DNA of 64,000 bases from an uncultured Chloroflexia bacterium (GTDB lineage: Bacteria > Chloroflexota > Limnocylindria > Limnocylindrales > CSP1-4). Under the pieces are notes generated by a model. The model was given only the letters and a program-made list of their open reading frames with translations, made no database searches and had not been told where the DNA came from. Made by a program: the position numbers and the translations under genes. Location of the stretch: positions 256,001 through 320,000 of the forward strand of contig CAVYBU010000003.1 of the NCBI GenBank assembly GCA_963766735.1, read 5' to 3'. Below, in pieces: positions 10,852 to 19,516 of this stretch (position 1 is its first letter; every line of letters starts with the position of its first letter).

Positions 10852-11610
10852 ATGACCGAGGGCGATACCCCCGCCGCGGCAGCGCCGGAGCAGCGGCCGG
10901 CGACCCGATCCATGAGAGACCTCCCGGTCGCGGAGCGTCCCCGCGAGCGCCTCGCCCATCGCGGGCCCGGCGGCCTCTCGGCGACCGAGCTGATCGCCGT
11001 CGTCTGGGGCACAGGCGGCGGCGGCCGCAGCGCGATGGACCTGGCCGAGGAGGCCCTTGCCCGGCACGCCAGCGTGAGCGCACTGGCCCGTGCGAGCGAT
11101 GCGGAACTGGCGGCCATCCCGGGGATCGGCGCGGCGAAGGCGGCGCGGCTGTCCGCGGCCTTCGAGCTTGGACGCCGCTCCGTGGCGGACTGGCCGGCCG
11201 GGAGCTGGACGATTCGCTCGCCGCGCGATGTGGCCGACCGGCTGATGACCGAGATGGGCCGCCTGGAACGCGAGGAGCTGCGGGTCCTGAGCCTCAACGC
11301 GAAGAACGTCGTCCAGCGGGTGTCGACGGTGTACGTCGGGAACGTGTCCGCGTCCCTGGTGCGTGTGGGCGAGCTGTTCCGGGACGCGGTCCGGCTGGAC
11401 GCGAGCGGCGTCGTGCTCGTCCACAACCACCCATCGGGAGACCCGACGCCGAGCCCGGACGACCTCCATCTCACGGCCGAGGCCATCGCCGCCGGCCGGC
11501 TGCTGGACGTGGACGTGCTGGACCACGTGGTGATCGGGCACGATGCCTGGGTCTCGCTCCGGGACCGCGGCGTGACCTTCGACCGGCTGGGCCCCGTCCG
11601 GGCGGCGTAG
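10852..11610 (+). CDS. radC: RadC/UPF0758 JAB-domain protein
   Basis: ERPRERL, HhH GIGAAKA, HNHPSGDPTPSPDD, LDHVVIG. Confidence 0.95.
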   Translation: MTEGDTPAAAAPEQRPATRSMRDLPVAERPRERLAHRGPGGLSATELIAVVWGTGGGGRSAMDLAEEALARHASVSALARASDAELAAIPGIGAAKAARLSAAFELGRRSVADWPAGSWTIRSPRDVADRLMTEMGRLEREELRVLSLNAKNVVQRVSTVYVGNVSASLVRVGELFRDAVRLDASGVVLVHNHPSGDPTPSPDDLHLTAEAIAAGRLLDVDVLDHVVIGHDAWVSLRDRGVTFDRLGPVRAA

Positions 11611-11962
11611 GGGGACGGCGTAGGCAGTCGGGACCGTCACCCGTCGTGGTGTTCCGGCCGACATTCCGCTCCTGGGCGGGCACCACGCGTATCGGCACCT
11701 CGCTTCGGTCCGGGGTTCTTCCACGGCCGAACAGACTTGACCTCGACCCGCCGTTTGAGCATCGCCGCTCGATCACCCAGGCCGGTGTCCCGCCGAACCG
11801 AACGTCAGGCGCGCATGCGGGAGGTGCCGGGCAACGAGCAACGATGCAGCCTCGGCCGTGGCGGCCGTGAGACCGCGTCGATGGCGAGAAGATCCGATTG
11901 CGGGCTGATGTACGTCGCAGGGGATTTGGCAGTTCCTCGCCGGGACCACCTATATTTGCCGC

Positions 11963-13945
11963 GTGAGCACTGACATGTCACCCCTGGAGCCCGTCCCAGC
12001 AGCGGGCGGACCTCTCGAGCGAGCTCGTGCAGCGATGGCCCAGCAGGGCTGGTCGGATGCCATCGAGGGCTTCGCGGCCGCCGACGTCATGGAACCGCTC
12101 GCCGCCGGCGACCTCACCTCCTACGCTGACGCGATGTGGTGGACCGGCAGGCTCACCGATGCGATGACGCTCCGCGAGCGGGCGTTCGGCGCGCATACGG
12201 TCGCCGGCGACCCAAGCGCCGCAGCGCGGGTGGCCCTCCGGCTGGCGAGCGACCACGGTCACCGCCACGAGGGCCCCATTGCGACCGCCTGGATCAAGCG
12301 AGCGGAGAAGCTCCTGGCCGGGCTGCCGCCGGCCAACGTCCACGGCTGGCTGGAACGCACGCGGATCAATGCCGCGCTCCATCGTGGCGCAGTCGACGAC
12401 GCACTCGCTCATGCTGACCGCATCCTCGAGCTCGCCGAGCTTCTCGGAGACGCGGATCTCGAGGCTCTTGGGCTCCACGACCGTGGGCGCGTGCTCATCG
12501 TCATGGGTCGCGTGGACGAGGGGCTCGACCTCCTCGACGAGGCGGTCGTGGCGGCGGTCAGCGGTACGGTGAGTCCCTACCCCACGGCCACCGTCTACTG
12601 CAACGCGGTCATCGTGGCCGAGGACCTCTCTGACTACGGGCGCGCCCGGGAGTTCTCCGATGCGGCGCAGCGCTGGTGCGATCGCCAGGCGATCTCGGGG
12701 TTCCCGGGGATGTGTCGGGTGCGGAAGGTGGAGTTGATCCGTCTCCGCGGGGCCTGGGCGGAGGCGGAGAGCGAAGCTCGGAGGGCCTGCACGGAGCTCA
12801 TGGACTTCAGCCTCGAGTTCGCGGGCGAAGGCTTCTACCAGATCGGCGAGATCCGACTGCGAATGAGCGATCTCGAGGGTGCAGAGTCCGCCTTCGCCGA
12901 GGCGCATCGGCTCGGTCGCGAGCCACTCCCCGGGCTCGCTCGTCTCCGGGTCCACCAGGGTCGAGGGGAGGCGGCCGCGGGATTGATGGCACGCGCTCTC
13001 AGGGATCATGGCTTGACCCCATTGGCTCGCGCGCGATTGCTGCCGGCCGAGGTCGAGGCGGCGCTCGCGGTCGGTGATCTCGGACGCGCTGAGATGGCCG
13101 CTGCCGCGCTTGAGACCGCCGCCGATGCCTTTCGTACTGACATCATCCAGGCTGAGGCCGCGACAGCCCGAGGTCTGGTCGCCCTCGCGGCCGGCGAGAG
13201 CGACCGCGCGATCGAGAGCCTGCGACAGGCAACTCGGTTGTGGTACAGCGCCGAGGCGCCATACGAAACCGCTCGCGCGCGAACGCTGCTGGCCGAGGCA
13301 TACCTCGTCGCTGGCGAGGACGATGCGGCAGCCGGCGAGCTGGAGCCTGCGATTGCGGCGTTCACGTCTCTTGGAGCCGCCGCGGACATCATCCGGGCCG
13401 TGGCCCTCCGTGACGGGACCACCGAGGTGGGCCGTAGACACGGAGGTCACCGCCGGGAGCTCGCGACCTTCATGTTCACCGATATCGTGGGGTCCACCTC
13501 GCTCATCGACGCGGTCGGTGACGAGGCGTGGGGCCAGCTTCTTTCCTGGCACGACACAGGCATCAGGACGCTACTCCGCGAGCATCGAGGCCACGAAGTC
13601 CACCACGCGGGCGACGGCTTCTTCGCGACCTTCGAGACACCCGACGATGCACTCGCCTGTGCCCGTGCCATCCGACGTACGTTCCGCGACCATCGAGATC
13701 GCAACGGGTTCGCCCCATCGGTGCGGATCGGCGTCCATACAGGCGAGGCGCTTCGGACCGCGTCTGGCTTCGAAGGAGCCGAGGTTCACGCGGCGGCGAG
13801 AATCGGGGCCCTCGCGGGCGGCGAGGAGATCCTGGCCAGTCGAGTGACGATCGAGACAGCATCGATCGCCGGGCCGCATTCGACCTGGCGGTCCGTAACC
13901 CTCAAGGGCTTCAGTTCGCCGGTCGAGATCGCCGCGGTCGACTAG
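11963..13945 (+). CDS. TPR-like helical-repeat protein with C-terminal class III adenylate/guanylate cyclase domain
   Basis: FMFTDIVGST, GDGFFATF, VRIGVHTGE, AAARI, LKGF; N-terminal helical repeats of the type usually fused to a LuxR HTH. Confidence 0.88.
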   Translation: MSTDMSPLEPVPAAGGPLERARAAMAQQGWSDAIEGFAAADVMEPLAAGDLTSYADAMWWTGRLTDAMTLRERAFGAHTVAGDPSAAARVALRLASDHGHRHEGPIATAWIKRAEKLLAGLPPANVHGWLERTRINAALHRGAVDDALAHADRILELAELLGDADLEALGLHDRGRVLIVMGRVDEGLDLLDEAVVAAVSGTVSPYPTATVYCNAVIVAEDLSDYGRAREFSDAAQRWCDRQAISGFPGMCRVRKVELIRLRGAWAEAESEARRACTELMDFSLEFAGEGFYQIGEIRLRMSDLEGAESAFAEAHRLGREPLPGLARLRVHQGRGEAAAGLMARALRDHGLTPLARARLLPAEVEAALAVGDLGRAEMAAAALETAADAFRTDIIQAEAATARGLVALAAGESDRAIESLRQATRLWYSAEAPYETARARTLLAEAYLVAGEDDAAAGELEPAIAAFTSLGAAADIIRAVALRDGTTEVGRRHGGHRRELATFMFTDIVGSTSLIDAVGDEAWGQLLSWHDTGIRTLLREHRGHEVHHAGDGFFATFETPDDALACARAIRRTFRDHRDRNGFAPSVRIGVHTGEALRTASGFEGAEVHAAARIGALAGGEEILASRVTIETASIAGPHSTWRSVTLKGFSSPVEIAAVD

Positions 13946-13991
13946 GTCGGAGCGGACCCCGAACGCCACGCTCGGCTCCGGGCCGCACGGG

Positions 13992-14411
13992 TCAACAAGC
14001 CTGCGGATCCAGCGCGCTGATGCGACTCGCCAGGACATCGAAGACGGCTGTTCGGACCGACGGCATCTCATCCATCAACGAGCGGAACTCCCGGTTTGAA
14101 AGCAGGAAGAGCCGCGTTGGTTCGAGCGCGGTGACGGTCGCGGTCCTCGGCATCTCGGCGAGGAGCGCGATCTCGCCGACCACGGCCCCCGAGCCACGCT
14201 CGGCAAGCGCCTTGCCATCACGTTCCACCGCCAGCTTGCCGCTGACGATGACGAACATCTCGGACCCGCGGTCGCCCTGCCGCATCAGGACGTGCCCTGT
14301 CGGGACATCGATCTCGTCGGCCAACTGGCCAAGGCGTTGGATCTCCTTCTTCCCAAGGCCCGAGAAGAGCGGGATCGAGCGAAGCAGGTCGAGCTTGGCG
14401 TCGGATGTCAT
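13992..14411 (-). CDS. stand-alone cyclic nucleotide-binding domain protein
   Basis: LRSIPLFSGL, QGDRGSEMFVIVSG, GEIALL..PRTATV phosphate-binding cassette; GAGGG RBS. Confidence 0.92.
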   Translation of the reverse strand: MTSDAKLDLLRSIPLFSGLGKKEIQRLGQLADEIDVPTGHVLMRQGDRGSEMFVIVSGKLAVERDGKALAERGSGAVVGEIALLAEMPRTATVTALEPTRLFLLSNREFRSLMDEMPSVRTAVFDVLASRISALDPQAC

Positions 14412-14857
14412 CAATCCCTCACGTCGTACCGACGCGGGCCGCGCCGCATCTCCGGCGAGGATAACGTGCGCTGCAAGGGGTGGTCGGGTGGCTGAGGCGC
14501 GAGAGAGTGGGCCTCCGTGGTGGTTCGATACCCGTGCTTCCGCATGAGGGGAGCAAGACGCGGGCCGACGACATCCTCGCAGCGCTCGGGTCGTCGGATG
14601 AGGCGCCCGTCGAGCTCACGCAGGCGCGCAGCCTCCACGAACGCCTCCACCCACGAGCCCGGCATGTCGGGCCACAGGCGCCCTGCGATGAACCGGGCCC
14701 GACCGCCGTTGTCGGTGATGCCCGCGCCGTCGATCGCGGCCCACAGGCGCTGCGCCGTGACCCATCGCTCATACGCACTCCGGGCCGCCCGCGCCTCGGG
14801 GTCCTCGTGGACGATGCGCTCGAGCAGATCGCGCTCGCCGGGGGACTCAGCCGGCAC
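14411..14857 (-). CDS. hypothetical protein
   Basis: GTG at 14857 overlaps the upstream gene end; its TGA overlaps the ATG of the cNMP-binding gene. Confidence 0.6.
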   Translation of the reverse strand: MPAESPGERDLLERIVHEDPEARAARSAYERWVTAQRLWAAIDGAGITDNGGRARFIAGRLWPDMPGSWVEAFVEAARLRELDGRLIRRPERCEDVVGPRLAPLMRKHGYRTTTEAHSLAPQPPDHPLQRTLSSPEMRRGPRRYDVRD

Positions 14858-15389
14858 GGGCCAGGACCTCGTCGAGCAACCGTGAGAGCCCCAGGGAGGC
14901 GGCGTGGACCTGGAGATAGACAAGATCGAGCATCAGGATCGCCTGCACGATCCTGATGCAGTCGCGGCCCTGGAGGCCGTCCAGGTTGCCATCCGTGAAC
15001 TCGAGCTTGGCGATCAGGAGATCCTCGGGTGTCGTGATCCAGACGCCGCCGAGTGCGGGATCCTCGATCCGGCGCCGCCGCGCGAACGCGCTCGTCCCCC
15101 AGTCGTCCGGCTCCCGCAGGATCAGGTCCGCCTTGCCGACCGCCTCGACATGGATGACGCTGCCGAGCCACTTGCCGGGGACACGGATCAGGTCGTTCAC
15201 GAGGTAGTCCGGCTCGAACAGCGGCCGGAGCCGGGACTCGTACCCGGCTGGATCGAGATCGGCCACGAGGTCGATGTCGTTCGTCGCCCGATAGGCCACC
15301 CCCAGCGCGGCGAGCGCCTCCGAACCGGTGACGAAGTAGTCGACTCCGGCAGCCTCGAGCCGTTCGATCACGTCCCGGCGCACGTCCAT
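14847..15389 (-). CDS. nucleotidyltransferase-fold protein (DUF6036/AbiEii-like)
   Basis: YFVTGSEA, RATNDIDLV (GS...DxD), KADL, TPEDLLIAKL. Confidence 0.8.
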   Translation of the reverse strand: MDVRRDVIERLEAAGVDYFVTGSEALAALGVAYRATNDIDLVADLDPAGYESRLRPLFEPDYLVNDLIRVPGKWLGSVIHVEAVGKADLILREPDDWGTSAFARRRRIEDPALGGVWITTPEDLLIAKLEFTDGNLDGLQGRDCIRIVQAILMLDLVYLQVHAASLGLSRLLDEVLARAG

Positions 15390-15459
15390 GGCTGGATTGT
15401 GCGTCGCCATGACCGATCACGTCGAGCGCGCGCCCCGACGAGACGCGCATCATGGTCCC

Positions 15460-16017
15460 GTGCGACTGCTTGAATTGGCCGACTCCGTCCTGATCGTCAT
15501 CGATGTGCAGCCGGGCTTCGGTCCGCCCGGGCCGGTCGTGGCGCGCATCGCCTGGTTGACGGGCGTGGCGGCGGCGCTTGGCGTTCCCGTCGTGGTCACG
15601 GAGGAGGATCCGGAGCGAAACGGCCCGACCGCGCCGGAGATCCTCGCCCGGGCCCCTGTCGGCACGACCGCCTTCGTGAAGCCGCTGTTCGGGCTCGCGG
15701 ACACGCCGGCGATCCTGGCTGCCGTCGAGGCGCTCGGCCGGCGGACCGCTGTCCTGGCCGGCTTCGAGACCGACGTGTGCGTGACGCATTCGGCCCTCGG
15801 CCTGCTCGACCGCGGCTACCGCGTGGCCGTGGTCACGGACGCGACCGGCTCGCCGGGCGATATGCACGAGCTGGGCCTGCGGCGGATCCGCGACGCCGGA
15901 GCGACGCTCGTCCATGCGAAGGGCGTGTACTACGAGTGGGTGCGGACGCTCGAAGCCGCGCGCGCGTTCGAGGCCGCGAACCCGGGCCTTGCCGACCCGC
16001 CGGGCTTCTCGCTGTAG
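15460..16017 (+). CDS. isochorismatase family hydrolase
   Basis: IVIDVQ, VTEE, GFETDVCVTHSA, VVTDATGS; start could be 15409. Confidence 0.9.
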   Translation: MRLLELADSVLIVIDVQPGFGPPGPVVARIAWLTGVAAALGVPVVVTEEDPERNGPTAPEILARAPVGTTAFVKPLFGLADTPAILAAVEALGRRTAVLAGFETDVCVTHSALGLLDRGYRVAVVTDATGSPGDMHELGLRRIRDAGATLVHAKGVYYEWVRTLEAARAFEAANPGLADPPGFSL

Positions 16018-16072
16018 ACGCGGGCGCGCCGCGAGTCCGCCGCGAGCCCGCCGCGAGCCGGACCGTCCGGCC

Positions 16073-18100
16073 TCAGATCGCCGACGCGACCTTCAGCCCA
16101 TCGAACACGGCCTCCTCCACGGTGCGCGGCGCCTGGCAGTCGCCGATGCCGTGCACCTCGATCGGCCGGCCGGCCGCGGAACGCAGGTCATCCCGCGCCA
16201 TGAGCTCGTCGTACAGGGTGGCGTCGGAGACGTGGCCGGCGGCGAGGACCAGGGCCACGGCGTCCTCGATGATCACCGCCTCCTCCGTCAGCGTGTGCTG
16301 GAGGAACACCGCCTGGCCGTCGTAGCCGAACGGGCGGGTCAGCGGCAGGAGCTCGACATGCGCCCGGTTGAGCGCCGAGATCGTCGCGTCCCGCACGTAC
16401 TGCTGGATCCGGAACCCCGCCGTGTAGCCGTTGGAGGCGAGGGTGACGGCATGCCCGCTCCCCGCCAGCATCAGGGCGACGCCGGGTCCGATCCAGTCGC
16501 ATCGCCAGTCCACGACGACCACGCGACCCGCCGGCACCTCCGCGCCGCGGATGACCTCCCAGGCGTCGAAGACGGGCGGCTCGTTGACGAGCTCCAGTGG
16601 CGGGCGGTACGGCACCCCGCCCGTCGCCACGATCACCACGTCCGGCGCCTCGCGCTCGACCATCGCCGCGTCCACGCGAGACCCGGTCATGATCCTGACG
16701 CCCGCGCGCTCGGCCTCGCCCTGGAGATTCGTCACGACGCCGCCGAACTCCGCCCGACCGGGCAGCTTCTGGGCGAGCAGCACCTGGCCGCCGACCCAGC
16801 GTCCCGCCTCGTGGAGCGTGACCTCGTGACCGCGCTCCGCCGCCACGGCCGCGGCCTTGAGCCCGGCCGGCCCGCCGCCCACGACGAGAACCCGCCGCCG
16901 GGCATCCGGTGCCACCACCGATCGCTGCCCGTACCACAGCTCGCGCCCGCTCTCCGGGTACTGGATGCACGAGATCGGGTAGCCCGCATGGAAGTGCCCG
17001 ATACAGGCCTGGTTGCAGGCGACGCAGGCGCGGATCTCGTCCAGGCGACCCGCCGCCGCCTTCTGCGGCAGCAGTGGGTCGGAGATCATGGCGCGGGTCA
17101 TGGCCACGGCATCGGCCTGGCCCAGCTCCAGGATGTGCTCCGCCTCCTGCGGCTGGTTGATCCGACCCGCCACCAGGATGGGCACCCGCACCAGCGCCCG
17201 GGCCGCCGCGGCGAGCGGTGCCGTGTAGGCGTTGTCCATCGTCATCGGCGGCACGATGTGGTCCGAGCCGGCCAGCGTTGCGGAGGTCCCGGTGGCCACG
17301 TTGAAGTAGTCCGGCCCTCCCTCCCGGTCCAGCAGCTCCAGCGCGGCCAGCGATTCGTCTCCAGTGAGGCCATCCGGCGACCGCTCGTCGATGGAGATCC
17401 GCAGCCCGACGACCGCGCCCGGGTCCATCGCCGCCCGGATCTGGGCGATCGTCTCGCGCAGGAAGCGGACCCGGTTCTCCAGGGAGCCCCCGTACTCGTC
17501 CGTCCGGAGGTTGACCCTTGGGCTGAGGAACTGCTGGGGCAGGTACCCGAAGGCGGCCAGAATCTCAACGCCGTCGAGGCCCGCCGTTCGGAGGCGTCGG
17601 GCGGCGTCCGCGAACCCCGCCTCGATCATCCGGATCTCCGCGACCGACATCGCCCGGGGCATCACGTGGAACCGCTCGTTGGGGACCGCGGACGGCCCGA
17701 GCGGCACGGGCAGGGTGCCGTCGTCGGAATCCATGATCTCGCGGCCACCATGGAAGACCTGGCCGATGACGGCAGCGCCTTCCGCGTGGACGGCCTCGGC
17801 GAGGCGCCGGTAGCCGGGGATGCACGTGTCGTCCATGGCGCTCAGCGCGTGTGAGGTGTACTCGGCGCTCTCGTGGACCGACGCCACCTGCACGATCACC
17901 AGGCCCGCGCCACCGGCCGCGCGCGCCCGCTGGTAGGCGACCAGCCGATCGCCGATGAGCCCGTTCTCACCCATGACCGTGTCGTGGCCGGACGAGAAGA
18001 TCCGGTTCCGGATTTCCAGCGGCCCCAGGCGGAGCGGCGAGAACAGAAGCGGGAACGGGGTGGGGCCGGCGGCTCCGGCGAGATCGTCCTGATCGCTCAT
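16073..18100 (-). CDS. NADH:flavin oxidoreductase (Old Yellow Enzyme family with Fe-S and FAD domains; DgcA/StcD-like)
   Basis: LFSPLRLG, GYLPQQFLSP..N.RTDEYGGSLENR, CVACNQAC, VVGGGPAG. Confidence 0.9.
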   Translation of the reverse strand: MSDQDDLAGAAGPTPFPLLFSPLRLGPLEIRNRIFSSGHDTVMGENGLIGDRLVAYQRARAAGGAGLVIVQVASVHESAEYTSHALSAMDDTCIPGYRRLAEAVHAEGAAVIGQVFHGGREIMDSDDGTLPVPLGPSAVPNERFHVMPRAMSVAEIRMIEAGFADAARRLRTAGLDGVEILAAFGYLPQQFLSPRVNLRTDEYGGSLENRVRFLRETIAQIRAAMDPGAVVGLRISIDERSPDGLTGDESLAALELLDREGGPDYFNVATGTSATLAGSDHIVPPMTMDNAYTAPLAAAARALVRVPILVAGRINQPQEAEHILELGQADAVAMTRAMISDPLLPQKAAAGRLDEIRACVACNQACIGHFHAGYPISCIQYPESGRELWYGQRSVVAPDARRRVLVVGGGPAGLKAAAVAAERGHEVTLHEAGRWVGGQVLLAQKLPGRAEFGGVVTNLQGEAERAGVRIMTGSRVDAAMVEREAPDVVIVATGGVPYRPPLELVNEPPVFDAWEVIRGAEVPAGRVVVVDWRCDWIGPGVALMLAGSGHAVTLASNGYTAGFRIQQYVRDATISALNRAHVELLPLTRPFGYDGQAVFLQHTLTEEAVIIEDAVALVLAAGHVSDATLYDELMARDDLRSAAGRPIEVHGIGDCQAPRTVEEAVFDGLKVASAI

Positions 18101-18235
18101 GACGCGGATCCTAGTGGCGGCGGGTCCCGTCCGTCGCTCGCGCCCGTACCGCGCAACCCGCTGGCCGTGCCGGATACTGGCCGCTCCACCGGGACCATCG
18201 CCACCGGAGCCGCCATCTCCACCAGGGGACCACGA

Positions 18236-19405
18236 ATGACCGAAACGGCCGACGTCATCGTCATCGGCGCGGGCGTCCAGGGCGCCAGCCTCGCGTTCCA
18301 CCTCGCGGCGCGGGGCGCGAGCGTCATCGTCCTCGAACGATCCACCGTTGCCGCCGGCGCGTCCGGGCGATCCAGCGGCCTGGTCCGCATGCACTACCAC
18401 CTGCTGGCGGAGACGCGCCTGGCGTGGGCGTCCTTCCCCTACTACCGGGACTGGGCGGAGCGCGTGGGCGGCGAGTGCGGCTTCACGAAGACGGGCTTCC
18501 TGTGGATCGAACCCGCCACGAATGGCGACCGGCTGCGCGCGAGCGTCGCAGACCACCGCGCCCTCGGGATCGGGACGTCCGTGGTGGACGCCCGGGAGAT
18601 GCGGCGGATCGCCCCAGGGCTGGAGGTGGCCGACGACGAGGTGGCGGCCTTCGAGCCCGAATCCGGGTATGCGGATCCGTCCGGCACGACGGCCGGCTTC
18701 ATCCGTGCTGCGCGGGACCGGGGCGCGAGGCTTGTCCAGGGAGCGGAGGTCACGGCGATCACCGTCCACGGGGGCGGCGTCACCGGCGTCACGACGACCC
18801 GCGGGTCCTTTGCCGCGCCGGTGGTCGTGAACGCGGCCGGAGGGTGGGCCGGCCGGGTGGCGGAGCTCGTCGGGCTGGAGATCCCGATCACGGTCTGGCG
18901 CCATGACACCGGGTATCTCGGGGTGCCACAGGAGGTCGCGCGGCCGATCCCCATGGTCATCGACAGTGCGCACGACATGTACTTCCGGCCCGAGGGTTCC
19001 GAGATGGTCCTCGTCGGCCTGGAGGATCACAGCGGCATGGGCGGCTCACCGGACCGCGACACGTCCGAGGCGGACCCCGACTTTCGCGACCGGGCCACCG
19101 AGCGGATCATCCGCCGGGTCCCCGGCCTCATCGACGGGACGTTCCGCACCTCGCACAGCGGACAGGACGGTCTCACGCCGGACCAGCGCCCGATCCTCGG
19201 GCCGGCCGGGCCCTCGGGTCTCTACCTCGACTGCGGGCACAGTGGTACCGGGTTCAAGACGGCACCCGCGGTGGGCCTCGGGATGAGCGAGCTGATCCTC
19301 GACGGCGCGGCGACATCGGTGGACATCGCGCCGTTCGCGTTCGAGCGGTTCGCCGAGGGGCGACTCCTCGCCGGCGAGCACGGTGGCGACCTGATCTGGA
19401 GCTGA
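18236..19405 (+). CDS. FAD-dependent oxidoreductase (sarcosine oxidase beta/DAO family)
   Basis: VIGAGVQG, GASGRSSG, VVNAAGGW, TPDQRPILG, GHSGTGFKTAPAVG. Confidence 0.9.
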   Translation: MTETADVIVIGAGVQGASLAFHLAARGASVIVLERSTVAAGASGRSSGLVRMHYHLLAETRLAWASFPYYRDWAERVGGECGFTKTGFLWIEPATNGDRLRASVADHRALGIGTSVVDAREMRRIAPGLEVADDEVAAFEPESGYADPSGTTAGFIRAARDRGARLVQGAEVTAITVHGGGVTGVTTTRGSFAAPVVVNAAGGWAGRVAELVGLEIPITVWRHDTGYLGVPQEVARPIPMVIDSAHDMYFRPEGSEMVLVGLEDHSGMGGSPDRDTSEADPDFRDRATERIIRRVPGLIDGTFRTSHSGQDGLTPDQRPILGPAGPSGLYLDCGHSGTGFKTAPAVGLGMSELILDGAATSVDIAPFAFERFAEGRLLAGEHGGDLIWS

Positions 19406-19439
19406 GCGACCGCGAGGGCGGACCCGCTCGGGAGGCGTG

Positions 19440-19514
19440 TCAGCCGAGGACGTGCGCGAGCCTCGCGACGAGCAGCGTTGCGAGCGTGACCCCGGAGATG
19501 AGCGTGCCTCCCAT
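19440..19514 (-). CDS. candidate 24-aa hydrophobic peptide
   Basis: ATG 2 nt after the GGDEF gene stop; MGGTLISGVTLATLLVARLAHVLG. Confidence 0.4.
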   Translation of the reverse strand: MGGTLISGVTLATLLVARLAHVLG

Positions 19515-19516
19515 GA

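Noticed and set aside
10852-11610. radC as a mobile-element or anti-defence JAB gene
   Set aside because: Full-length chromosomal form with HhH domain; no integrase, transposase or att-like repeats nearby
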